Origin: an uncultured Pseudomonadales bacterium
Lineage (GTDB): Bacteria; Pseudomonadota; Gammaproteobacteria; Pseudomonadales; IMCC2047
Assembly (NCBI GenBank): GCA_964473915.1
Contig: CAYYRK010000001.1
Span: 1 to 49,682 of the forward strand
Reading direction: 5' to 3'
DNA length: 49,682 nucleotides
A program made the translations under genes and the position numbers. Position 1 is the first letter of the stretch, and every line of letters starts with the position of its first letter. Shown one piece after another: positions 1 to 9,098 of the stretch. The notes under the pieces were generated by a model that worked only from the letters and a program-made list of their open reading frames with translations, was not told where the DNA came from and searched no databases.

Positions 1-454
1 TAATACGCTCTTCAGAATCCATCCTGACCCAGGTGTTTTTTTATAATAACTCGCTACTTTCCTCAGTGATCTGTTCCAAAATCTGCTTCCCTGCTTCAAC
101 CTTGCCTTCATCATCTATTATGAAAGAAAAGCTTTTATGGTCAATAGCACCAAGTTTTAATAACTATAGCGCATAAAACCCATTGCGCACGAAATCCATT
201 AAATTTTCATGCTTTCATGCATTTTATTGCGTATTTGTGAGCAGGGGCCCATCTAAGAACACTGGCTGGATGCGGAAAAACGCAGGGAACTAGGGAGTGT
301 ATACTACAATTGAAAATTCGTGGCCTCCCTGTTGGTGAGGAGGGGTTTTGAAATTTTCCAAGTATGTAAAGATGCGCGAGGCTTCATGCTCCAACTTTCT
401 ACCTGCAATGCAGATTCAGCAACTGTGGCCGGTAGTTGTACCTGCCATGTAACA

Positions 455-976
455 CTAAAAAAACTCAATATCCTGTTCAATGATCTTCTTCTGTTTTTGA
501 TCTCCACTCGTTTCTTGTATTTCATGATCAAGTAGCCAAGCACTGTTTTTCGAAACCATTTCACACATTTGTGCTGCCTGAGCCGTGTTAAAAAACGAGA
601 GTGTTTTCTTTATTTCATCTTCCAGATCAAGCTTTAATTTACCACTCGTCACTTTATCAAGGTGATAATCAATCTCATTCAGATGATTGGCAATCATTTT
701 CAAGCTTTTGCTCACATGAGAAATTCTTTGGCTCATTCTGTCATGAAACTGCAGCGCTACAACCAGTTCATCTTTTGCTGTCTCGCCTGCTGTCTCGCCG
801 TCAAAGACGCCTGAACCAAAATTAGCAGCATTGTTTTGGAGCAGGGGTGAGCTCAGTGCACAGATCTTTTCGAAATCAATATTGCTTTCGTCCAACGACA
901 TATCAAGCTGTTTTGCTAAAATAGTTAGCAGCCCGAGCAGCTCAGAAAGCCCGCTTCCATCTAGTGACTCACTCAT
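455..976 (-). CDS. CheZ-like phosphatase candidate (173-aa hypothetical protein, last gene of the che module)
   Basis: The ORF contains ...ALQFHDRMSQRISHV..., which parallels the E. coli CheZ active-site segment AQDFQDLTGQVIKR (catalytic D-x3-Q). The protein is acidic and helical-looking. It lies directly downstream of cheY-cheA-cheW-STAS on the same strand. It is shorter than canonical CheZ, so the call is tentative. Confidence 0.45.
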   Translation of the reverse strand: MSESLDGSGLSELLGLLTILAKQLDMSLDESNIDFEKICALSSPLLQNNAANFGSGVFDGETAGETAKDELVVALQFHDRMSQRISHVSKSLKMIANHLNEIDYHLDKVTSGKLKLDLEDEIKKTLSFFNTAQAAQMCEMVSKNSAWLLDHEIQETSGDQKQKKIIEQDIEFF

Positions 977-1101
977 TCAGCCTCGATTGCGCCATCTGTA
1001 GAATCTGCTTTATTAATAACGGGGTGGGATCTCTATTTGTGAGCGTCATGATAACAGGGACAACGGAATGATTCTTGATAAGAATAAGCTGACCCAGGGT
1101 T

Positions 1102-1458
1102 TCAATCAACCAGTTCCAAATTTGATTTCAAACCCAAAAAACCGGCAACCTCTGTTAAACGCTCATTGCTACTTAACCATTTGTACGCCAGGCCATAGGT
1201 CTTACTGTAATCAATAAGTGCTATCAAAAGCTGTACTGAAGTGGTATCGAACCCTTTTGCCCCTGAGGGATCCACGGATATGCACTCCAGGCCATCATCT
1301 ATAAATTCGTTAATATCATCAAACAGTTTCTTTACCGTAGCAACACCCACAACCCCCCTCAGAATTATACTGAGTGTGCCTTTGTCAAAAATTATCTCTG
1401 TTACTGTGCTTTCAGAGGTTTGAACCCCATTTTTCGACTCTTGCCGAATTGAACTCAT
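1102..1458 (-). CDS. STAS-domain protein (anti-sigma-factor-antagonist-like)
   Basis: 118 aa. The segment ISVDPSGAKGFDTTSVQLLIAL resembles the SpoIIAA/RsbV DLSGVxFxDSSG region, with Thr at the phospho-acceptor position. Size and position inside a che cluster fit the call. Confidence 0.75.
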   Translation of the reverse strand: MSSIRQESKNGVQTSESTVTEIIFDKGTLSIILRGVVGVATVKKLFDDINEFIDDGLECISVDPSGAKGFDTTSVQLLIALIDYSKTYGLAYKWLSSNERLTEVAGFLGLKSNLELVD

Positions 1459-1634
1459 CGTTTCACCTTTCAGGTACCAATTTTAGATTAAAACTCTTCT
1501 GAGCTCTCAGTTTTCTTCTTATACAAGAACTACTCAGCTCTATTCCAATTAAGACGCAACGTCTTTAACTCCCTAGCTCCTTGCGTCAATGGTCAACCAG
1601 GAAATGTACCGCGATTGCGGATTTAATTGGTTTT

Positions 1635-2153
1635 TTAATCTCCATCTCCTAAACCCAATAGACCTGCGCTCACCAGTTTGTCTATTTCCAACAAAATAAC
1701 CATGTCCTCATCTACTCTGGCCAGCCCTTTCACAAAGTCAGTGTCCACCTCACTACCAAAATCGGGAGCAGGGTCGTAATTTCGATCACTGATGTTACGC
1801 ACCTGCGACACTGAATCCACCACTAGGCCCACAATTTTGCTACCTCCCTCGTATTCTATTTTAACAACGATGACAACAGTGGCGTTGTCAAAGGGAGCCT
1901 CGGGCATCAGGAATCTCTTTCTTAAATCTACCACCGGCACAATAGCACCACGCAGGTTAATCACGCCCAAAACGTACTCCGGCGTGTTAGGTATTTTTGT
2001 TACCGGTGCCCAACCCTGAATCCCCTGTACCTTTAATATCTCAATACCATATTCCTGAGAATTAAGATAAAAGGTTAAATACTCTTCAGCATCCTCATCA
2101 TTCATACTGCCTATACTTAAATCTGCTTTCGCAGATACCACCGTATTAACCAT
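1635..2153 (-). CDS. cheW: Chemotaxis coupling protein CheW
   Basis: 172 aa. EYLTFYLNSQEYGIEILKVQGIQGW...VLGVINLRGAIVPVVDLRKRF is a typical CheW domain signature. Confidence 0.92.
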   Translation of the reverse strand: MVNTVVSAKADLSIGSMNDEDAEEYLTFYLNSQEYGIEILKVQGIQGWAPVTKIPNTPEYVLGVINLRGAIVPVVDLRKRFLMPEAPFDNATVVIVVKIEYEGGSKIVGLVVDSVSQVRNISDRNYDPAPDFGSEVDTDFVKGLARVDEDMVILLEIDKLVSAGLLGLGDGD

Positions 2154-2204
2154 AGCTTCACCTACCTACTAATTTTTTATACCTGAGTAATTAATGTGCC
2201 ACTG

Positions 2205-4334
2205 TTACGCTGTAACCACCTGGCTGATTGATTTGTGCTCATTGCTACGCATGAAAGACGCCGCCAAACCACCCATATCAAGAATCAAGGCCACTTTCCC
2301 GTTGCCTAAAATTGTGGCCCCCAACAACCCCTGTCTTTTCTGGAAATTGGTTTCCAGCGTTTTTATTACCACCTGTTGCTGGTCACTTAAACTGTCTACA
2401 AGAAGACCCATTTTCGCACCACCAAATTCACAAATAATTAGCAGTTTATTTTCTAGCTGTTTAATATTATCCGCACTACACCTTGAGCCGAAACAGCCCT
2501 GCTCACCCAAACTTATAATGGGTATATGCTCACCACGAAAGTGGTAGACAAGCAAACCTTGACCAATTAAATTCAGATCATTAACATCAACGAGCACTGA
2601 CTCTATGATAGATAGCAGAGGAATAATGTAAACGGCATCACCCACTCGCACTAATTGCCCCTCCATAATCGCCAGCGTTAAAGGAAGCCTTACAATAATT
2701 TCGCTACCAACGCCCGCTTCAGACTTGATAGTTACACGGCCGCCCAGATCTGAGATATTTCGTTGTACAACGTCCATACCTACACCTCGGCCAGAAAGGG
2801 CACTTACGGTATCTGCTGTGGAAAATCCGGGTTGAAATATCAGATTATAAATAGCTTCGTCTGTGAGCTGATCATTGGGGGTAACAAGCCCTTTTTCTAT
2901 AGCTTTCTTAAGGATTTTATCTTTATTGAGACCAGCACCATCATCGCCGATAGTGATAACCACATTGCCTGCTTCCTGTGTGGCTGATAATGTTATAGTG
3001 CCCATCTCAGGCTTGCCTAATGACCGCCGGACCTCAATCGGTTCAATCCCATGATCCACAGAATTACGTACCAGATGGACGAGTGGATCACCTATTTTCT
3101 CCATAACCAACTTGTCTATCTCAGTGGTTTCACCCTGGATATCCAGATGGATCTTCTTGTTGAGCTTTGAACCAAGATCTCGTATCAAACGCGGAAACCG
3201 ACTAAAAACTACTTTGATCGGCAACATGCGAATCTGCATGGCGCTGTCCTGTAGCTCACGGGTATTACGACCCAACTGTTCCAGGCCGTCTATAAGCTCC
3301 TCCAGCGAATCTTCACCGAACTCTTCCTTGCCAAATCTGGCCAGCATAGACTGCGTAATAACCAGCTCTCCCACCAGGTCTAGCAAACTGTCAATTTTAC
3401 TGATACTGACTCGAACTGATCCTGAATCGCTATTAGCCGCGCCTTTGCTTTTTTTATTCACTTCCGGGGCCGGGGACTGGGCCATTTGTGGCACCGCAGC
3501 ATTTTCAACAGGTATGGCCGCACTAACTTTGTCTTCGGCAACGGTTTCAGTGACTACGAGTGGTTCGTCATCCTTTTCTTTTTCATCCGCTTTTTCTCGA
3601 ATAGTTAACGCACACTCATCATAAACCCATGAAAATAGCTCATCAATCTCCTCTTCGTTTACCTCGGTAACCAGTGTCAGATCCCAGGCTAAATAACAAC
3701 TTTCTGGATCAATTTTGGTGAAATCCGGCACCCCTTCAAGATCGGCCTTAACTTCTAACTTGCCTAGTTTTGCCAACTCACGAAAGATGCGATACGGCTC
3801 ATTACCTCCCTTGATGACATCAGAGTTGGGTTTGAAATATATAATCCAGTGGCGAACAATAATCGGAGAATCCTGTTCTTTGCCAGCCTCTACAAGCAAG
3901 CTTTCATTAGCCGATTCAGAGGGCAAATCCTGCTCCGAGTTTTGATTCAGAAAGACTTGTATTCTTGAAGAAAGTTGTGCAGCTCTTTCACTATCATAGT
4001 CTGCTCCATCATTGATAGCTTGCAACATACCCCTGAGACAATCGACACACTCCAAAAATAACTGAACAATATCTTCTGTAACTTCTCGAGAGCCATCACG
4101 CACCTGGTCTAGCAGAGTTTCCACCCCATGAGTAAAGTCTGCAATTTCAGTAAAACCGAAGGTCCCACCCCCTCCCTTTATGGAGTGGGCAGCACGAAAA
4201 ATATTATTGATGGTTTCTGAGTCAGAAGAACCTGGTTTTAGCTCAAGTAGCCCGGACTCCATAACATCCAGTCCCTCGTTGCTTTCTTCAACGAAGATCT
4301 GCTTAATTTCGTCCATATCTTCATCATCAAACAT
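2205..4334 (-). CDS. cheA: Chemotaxis histidine kinase CheA
   Basis: 709 aa. It has an N-terminal Hpt domain (AAHSIKGGGGTFGF), kinase N/G1/G2 boxes (HLVRNSVDHG, DDGAGL, GRGVGMDVV) and a C-terminal CheW-like P5 domain. Confidence 0.95.
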   Translation of the reverse strand: MFDDEDMDEIKQIFVEESNEGLDVMESGLLELKPGSSDSETINNIFRAAHSIKGGGGTFGFTEIADFTHGVETLLDQVRDGSREVTEDIVQLFLECVDCLRGMLQAINDGADYDSERAAQLSSRIQVFLNQNSEQDLPSESANESLLVEAGKEQDSPIIVRHWIIYFKPNSDVIKGGNEPYRIFRELAKLGKLEVKADLEGVPDFTKIDPESCYLAWDLTLVTEVNEEEIDELFSWVYDECALTIREKADEKEKDDEPLVVTETVAEDKVSAAIPVENAAVPQMAQSPAPEVNKKSKGAANSDSGSVRVSISKIDSLLDLVGELVITQSMLARFGKEEFGEDSLEELIDGLEQLGRNTRELQDSAMQIRMLPIKVVFSRFPRLIRDLGSKLNKKIHLDIQGETTEIDKLVMEKIGDPLVHLVRNSVDHGIEPIEVRRSLGKPEMGTITLSATQEAGNVVITIGDDGAGLNKDKILKKAIEKGLVTPNDQLTDEAIYNLIFQPGFSTADTVSALSGRGVGMDVVQRNISDLGGRVTIKSEAGVGSEIIVRLPLTLAIMEGQLVRVGDAVYIIPLLSIIESVLVDVNDLNLIGQGLLVYHFRGEHIPIISLGEQGCFGSRCSADNIKQLENKLLIICEFGGAKMGLLVDSLSDQQQVVIKTLETNFQKRQGLLGATILGNGKVALILDMGGLAASFMRSNEHKSISQVVTA

Positions 4335-4545
4335 TCTATTTTCCTGTAGAAGAGTATTGGAAAACTCAAGTAAACTTTGAGCACGCGGCTGTGCAATATA
4401 TTATTAGCCAGGGACTAAAAGCCCTGCCCTTTTCTGTTTCCCCTATATACACCAAGCCTTTGATTGGCAGCAAAGAGCCAAACAGTGCAGATCAATACAA
4501 TTACCGCCGGTGCTGTGGGCCCTGGCAGATCATCTGCCTACTGTA

Positions 4546-4908
4546 TTAATCTAAAACTCTGGACAGAGCAAATAACAGTTTATCAGGATCAAAGGGTTTC
4601 ACAATCCAGCCAGTGGCTCCAGCTGCCTTCCCCTTCATCTTCATATCGGTTCCTGATTCAGTAGTAAGCACTAAAATGGGCGTAAACTTATACTGCTTAA
4701 TACCTCTTAACTCCTTAATAAGCTGTATTCCGTCCATCTCTGGCATATTGATATCAGTGATGACAAGATCAAAGGGGTCTTCTCGTGCAGCGACTAAAGC
4801 CTTAACCCCATCCACGGCCTCACTCGTTTGATATCCAGCCTGCCCCAGGGTTAAGGAGATCATGGATCGCATTGAGGGAGAATCATCCACGACTAACACG
4901 TTATGCAT
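4546..4908 (-). CDS. cheY: CheY-like single-domain response regulator
   Basis: 120 aa. VLVVDDS...DLVITDINMPEMDG...VLTTES...KPF shows the receiver-domain acidic pocket, the conserved T and the conserved K. It is the first gene of the che module. Confidence 0.92.
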   Translation of the reverse strand: MHNVLVVDDSPSMRSMISLTLGQAGYQTSEAVDGVKALVAAREDPFDLVITDINMPEMDGIQLIKELRGIKQYKFTPILVLTTESGTDMKMKGKAAGATGWIVKPFDPDKLLFALSRVLD

Positions 4909-5045
4909 TCAAGCGTCTCCTGTCTAAAGTAAATATCTATTTGTCAATTTATACCGAACTCTATGCTCTTAGGTCATAGATAACAAATAATAGCATGGCA
5001 CATTTTCAACAAGAACCAATATTTTTTTCTCAATCATTCATCTTG

Positions 5046-5412
5046 GAGACCCTTGCACGAGAGCCATTTTTCTCCAGCGCTGTAAAAAAATTCCTTCGCA
5101 AAGCGCTACTTGGCCGCAAGCGATCGAGCTTATGCCAAAAATGCAATTGGCCTGCGGCCAAACCAGGATTTCCTAACTTCTATCTATGTTTACCCGGGGT
5201 GAGCCCACCAAGATTTCTTTCTTTGAAAATGAACCCAAAGCACTCGCTCTGCTCAATTGGTCATTTTACTAAAGCATAAGTGCCTGCAAGCAATTACTAA
5301 ACAACTGTGTAACTCGGCTATGGCATCCTGCTCCTACATCCATACAGTCGTCCCTCTTTGCGCGCTTTTACGCCTTGCCTGGAATCAAAATCATCTCTCG
5401 TATAAAGCTCTC
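5046..5412. mobile_element. MITE-like non-autonomous element, long copy (about 367 bp)
   Basis: The ends GAGACCCTTGCACGAGAGCCATTTT... and ...CAAAATCATCTCTCGTATAAAGCTCTC are imperfect inverted repeats. Both ends and some internal blocks (TGCTCAATTGGTCATTT, CCCTCTTTGCGCGCTTTT..GCCTTGCCTGGAA) recur at 40776..40914. I see no credible ORF inside. Confidence 0.7.
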
Positions 5413-5470
5413 ATCATTGGTGGAAAAATAGCCAACGTTGATATTGCACAGAGTTTGATGTTAACCACAG

Positions 5471-6484
5471 CTACTGTTCATTCCAGCGAAACAGCATCGA
5501 GGCAATTAGCAGAAAAATGACACACATGGCCAGCAACATCCAAAGATGATAAGCGACACTCGCCAGATCCGCTCCATTGAGCATAATTTCTCGCGCAGAC
5601 TTGACCATATGGGTTAAGGGAAAGATATTAGACACCGTCACCAACCAGTTGGGAGCATCTTCCATGGAAAACCAGACCTCTGAAAGCAACATCATTGGAA
5701 AGCTGGCAAAATTAAGCAAACCGTTCGCAAGCTCTTCACTGGCGGTTCGGCTGGCTATAATCAACGCAAAGGCGATCATTGCAAAAATACCCAGAAACGC
5801 TACCAGCGCCAGATTCAGGTAACTGCCTAACATCATAAAATCGAGAAAGAAATTACAAGCAGCATAGACCAGGGTTATAGTAATCATCAGCACTGTCAAA
5901 CGGGACAATACCTGCGCTGTTAAAAACTGCAGCGCCGTGACAGGAGTCACTTGCAACCTTTTTAATACACCATTTTTTCGATAACGCACTATCACAAAAC
6001 CGATACCAAACAGGGCTCCGAACATAACATTCATGCTCAGAATCCCCGGGATAACCCAATCGATATAGCGCACATCACGACCCTCAACAGCCTGTCGAAC
6101 ATAACTACCCTGGGAGGTAGCCAGCAATAGTTGCTCAGTGGCCCTGCCCCTCGCCGACTGTTTGTTGATCCAGTAATAGCCAGGGTGTTCAGTAGATAGC
6201 AGCAGATCAATTTGATGGTGCCGAATTCGCTCTAACGCCTTATCAAAATTTTTGTAGTTAATCTTGGTAATATAGGCTTCATCCAGCAGCTTATATTCAA
6301 GCGAAGCTTGCTCTGTCGCACCGTAAATGCCCACTCGGAATATCTTCTGATCACCATCTGACAAAGTAAGACTGATCGCTGCCACCAGGCAGATCGGGAA
6401 AAATATCGACCAGAGCAGTGTCGCCCTGTCACGATAAAACTCTTTAGTTCGCGCGACAAACAACCCACCAATTATTTTCAGCAT
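5471..6484 (-). CDS. ABC-2 type transporter permease
   Basis: 337 aa. It has an N-terminal TM helix, a large loop and then 5 TM helices, which is the typical ABC-2/YadH-like architecture. It lies immediately downstream of the ABC ATPase. Confidence 0.85.
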   Translation of the reverse strand: MLKIIGGLFVARTKEFYRDRATLLWSIFFPICLVAAISLTLSDGDQKIFRVGIYGATEQASLEYKLLDEAYITKINYKNFDKALERIRHHQIDLLLSTEHPGYYWINKQSARGRATEQLLLATSQGSYVRQAVEGRDVRYIDWVIPGILSMNVMFGALFGIGFVIVRYRKNGVLKRLQVTPVTALQFLTAQVLSRLTVLMITITLVYAACNFFLDFMMLGSYLNLALVAFLGIFAMIAFALIIASRTASEELANGLLNFASFPMMLLSEVWFSMEDAPNWLVTVSNIFPLTHMVKSAREIMLNGADLASVAYHLWMLLAMCVIFLLIASMLFRWNEQ

Positions 6485-6505
6485 ATCTCCATTTTCCTGT
6501 CCATG

Positions 6506-7390
6506 CTATTCACGCAAATTATGCCCAGTTAGTTTCAGGAATAGATCCTCCAATGTAGGGTTGCGCACCTTTAGCGAGTTGAGCCCGACATTATGCTGTA
6601 TCAGACTCTGCAAGGTGGCCTCCACTGAACGACTCAAGATCTCAACATGACCATTGCGCTGCACTACCGGCTCGTTAAAAGGCTTATTTGCAGCATCAAA
6701 ATCTGCACTATCGATACAGACATAGCAATGGTTAAAATGCTCCTGCAGCAACGCCTCGGGAGCGCCCTCAGCAATGACCTTGCCATGATCAATAATAACC
6801 AGGTAATCACAAAGAATTTCGGCCTCATCCATGTAGTGCGTGGTCAACACTACATTTTTTCCCTGGCCTTTGATGCGTTCAATTAGCCTCCACAGATTAC
6901 GTCTCGATTGTGGGTCCAGCCCTGTTGTAGGCTCATCAAGAAAAACAATTTCTGGATTATTGATGATTGAAAGTGCAAACATGAGCCTCTGTTTTTGCCC
7001 CCCAGACAGATGCGTAGTCATCTGTTCCAATAACGGTTCAAGTTCACACAATTCGATCAGTTCAGGCAGGGGCATCGCTTTGGGATAGAGGCTATGAAAA
7101 AGTTTTAAAATCTCTCTTGAGGTTAAGTGTTCCATCACCGAAGTGGCTTGAAACTGGATCCCTGCCTCTAAAGAAAAGTTCTTATCTCTTGGTTTACCCC
7201 GATAAAGAATTTCACCGCTAGTCGGCTCGGTAATCCCTTCAATCATCTCAATAGTGGTTGTTTTTCCGGCACCATTAGGCCCTAACAGACCAAAACAGAT
7301 CCCAGGCGGCATCTCAAATGAGATCCCATCTACAGCCACCAGCTGTTTAAATAACTTACGAAGATTACGAACTTCAAGAATCGGGGTCAT
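6506..7390 (-). CDS. ABC transporter ATP-binding protein (ABC-2 exporter family)
   Basis: Walker A GPNGAGKTT, signature LSGGQKQR and Walker B VFLDEPTTGLD are present. The ORF is open up to 7450. I prefer the ATG at 7390 (MTPILEVRNL...) because it places Walker A at the usual distance. The start is uncertain. Confidence 0.88.
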   Translation of the reverse strand: MTPILEVRNLRKLFKQLVAVDGISFEMPPGICFGLLGPNGAGKTTTIEMIEGITEPTSGEILYRGKPRDKNFSLEAGIQFQATSVMEHLTSREILKLFHSLYPKAMPLPELIELCELEPLLEQMTTHLSGGQKQRLMFALSIINNPEIVFLDEPTTGLDPQSRRNLWRLIERIKGQGKNVVLTTHYMDEAEILCDYLVIIDHGKVIAEGAPEALLQEHFNHCYVCIDSADFDAANKPFNEPVVQRNGHVEILSRSVEATLQSLIQHNVGLNSLKVRNPTLEDLFLKLTGHNLRE

Positions 7391-7613
7391 AGGTCTACAG
7401 GCCAAAAGTCGGTTGCCCATTATTGCAATAAATGAACGCAACAAAAACATCTGTGTAAAAAAATTACCCGGTCACCGCTCAAACGGTAAAAATTAAATGT
7501 GGATTATACCCGCTACCAGCACCATAATTTGACCAGAAAGCTCACCTTTATTACTACTGGTAAGGTAGAATCTCAGACCCTTCAATATTTATTCACACCG
7601 CAGGAGCGCTGAG

Positions 7614-7895
7614 ATGCTAACCGTTAACTCATATTTCAATAACAGGGTTAAATCGATAGGTTTTCAGACCCAAACTCTACCCGCCACTGTTGGTGTAATG
7701 ATGGCTGGAGAGTACCAGTTTGATACCAGTCAGAAGGAAACCATGACCATAATCAGCGGACAATTAACCGTTCAATTACCTGGGAGTGACCGCTGGCAAA
7801 CATTTCCCCAAGGTGAAAGTTTTATGGTGGAAGCTAACCAAATATTTTCTCTGAAAGTCGATGTCGAAACAGCCTACCTCTGCACCTACCAGTAG
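7614..7895 (+). CDS. ppnP: Pyrimidine/purine nucleoside phosphorylase PpnP (DUF1255/YaiE)
   Basis: 93 aa. NSYFNNRVKSIGF...VGVMMAGEYQF.T...E.MTIISG...AYLCTY aligns along its whole length with E. coli PpnP as I recall it. Confidence 0.9.
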   Translation: MLTVNSYFNNRVKSIGFQTQTLPATVGVMMAGEYQFDTSQKETMTIISGQLTVQLPGSDRWQTFPQGESFMVEANQIFSLKVDVETAYLCTYQ

Positions 7896-7975
7896 TGATA
7901 CCCTTTGGCATATAAGCTTCCCCAGAATTACTTTGACTGATTAAAGATTCGCTCTATAAACAGGAAGCCTCACCC

Positions 7976-8599
7976 ATGCAAATATATAGCTTTGAAGGTT
8001 TAACACCGGTTGTTTCCCCCAGCGCCTACGTCCACCCCTCGGCGATACTGATCGGTGATGTCATCATAGGCGATCATTGCTATGTTGGGCCCGCCGCATC
8101 CCTACGTGGGGATTTTGGCAGAATTATTGTCCATCAAGGAAGTAATATTCAGGATACCTGCGTACTGCACAGTTTTCCCAAGATCGATGCTGTTATCGAG
8201 GAGAACGGGCATATCGGACATGGCGCTATCATTCACGCCTGCCATATCGGCAAAAATGTAATGGTAGGCATGAACGCCGTGATCATGGATGGCGCACTGA
8301 TAGGCGAATATTCTATTGTCGCCGCAACCAGTTTTGTAAAAGCAAAATTCAACTGTCCTCCTCGCACACTGATCGGCGGCACCCCGGCGAAAATTATGCG
8401 TCAGCTTTGCGAGCAAGATATCAACTGGAAAAAAAGAGCCACACAGGAATACCATAAACTAACACTACGCTGCATGAAATCCATTCAGCCTGCACAAGCC
8501 CTGACCGAGGTAGAGGCTGATCGGAAACGACTTCAAGATGCCAGGGATATGGAACCTCTGCATCAGTTACGGGAGAGAACTACCGGAGATAAGCATTAG
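7976..8599 (+). CDS. Hexapeptide-repeat protein of the CaiE/PaaY (gamma-carbonic-anhydrase-like) family
   Basis: 207 aa. FEGLTPVVSPSAYVHPSAILIGDVIIG...ASLRGDFGRIIV..GSNIQD.CVLH...GHIGHGAIIH closely parallels CaiE/PaaY. Confidence 0.88.
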   Translation: MQIYSFEGLTPVVSPSAYVHPSAILIGDVIIGDHCYVGPAASLRGDFGRIIVHQGSNIQDTCVLHSFPKIDAVIEENGHIGHGAIIHACHIGKNVMVGMNAVIMDGALIGEYSIVAATSFVKAKFNCPPRTLIGGTPAKIMRQLCEQDINWKKRATQEYHKLTLRCMKSIQPAQALTEVEADRKRLQDARDMEPLHQLRERTTGDKH

Positions 8600-8740
8600 C
8601 TCGACTACCCAACCAAGAGCTACCCCAGCCAGCGTTCATTGGCTCCTGGTATATTCCAGTTCAGGATAATAACAGTGGGCCTGAAGCAGCAGCACCAAAA
8701 TACAAACAAACAACGCTGCGGGGTAATCGTCCCTCTCATC

Positions 8741-8775
8741 CCATAGTTACCCACAAATTCTGTGGATAACTATGG
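8741..8775. promoter_or_regulatory. 15-bp inverted repeat carrying two convergent DnaA boxes
   Basis: CCATAGTTACCCACA-aattc-TGTGGATAACTATGG matches in 14/15 arm positions. It contains TTACCCACA and a perfect TTATCCACA on the other strand. A further TTTTCCACA box (as TGTGGAAAA) lies at 8940..8948, and CCATAGTTATCA recurs at 8859. Confidence 0.55.
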
Positions 8776-9098
8776 GGGTAACTTGCGTACTAAAATCTGG
8801 AAACCTTGTGGTTTCTAGGCTTCTTCCAAATCGATCAAAAATCAAACAATAGATATATCCATAGTTATCATATGGTTACAAAATAGATCAATGGGTTACA
8901 CCTATTACACAAACAATTTTATTGCCATAGAAAACTAACTGTGGAAAAAGCGTATCGCTATCGGAGATAATTTAATTCTGACACACCAGATACAGCGGTT
9001 ATAATTGCCGAGAGAGTTGCCACCTGAGACCTTCGCACAACAGATTACTTCAGAGCAAGATATGCAACAGGCTCCCTACTAATATTAAAATTAGAGCT

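Noticed and set aside
46-170. A minus-strand reading frame ending ...SFIIDDEGKVEAGKQILEQITEESSELL* that looks protein-like, plus a short frame starting at about 22 that runs off the window edge.
   Set aside because: The first frame has an in-frame TAG about 40 codons upstream and no start codon, so at best it is a gene relic. The second has only 7 codons inside the window. Neither can be supported.
3112-3624. A 170-aa plus-strand ORF inside cheA. Similar long antisense ORFs lie at 44679..45263 and 46041..46553 inside narG, and at 34802..35371 inside the NirT-fusion gene.
   Set aside because: All are Ser/Leu/Arg-rich and low-complexity, and all lie antisense to strongly supported genes. I see no independent evidence for coding.
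4995-5520. Two plus-strand ORFs (94 aa and 87 aa) within and around the long MITE copy.
   Set aside because: They cross the element boundary and have no transposase-like motifs. The short copy of the element lacks the corresponding sequence.
8600-9098. Whether the DnaA-box-containing spacer is the chromosomal origin (oriC).
   Set aside because: Only three good boxes are present. There is no clear array of 13-mer DUE repeats, and the flanking genes (CaiE-like, CDF) are not typical origin neighbours. I kept it as a DnaA-box cluster finding instead.
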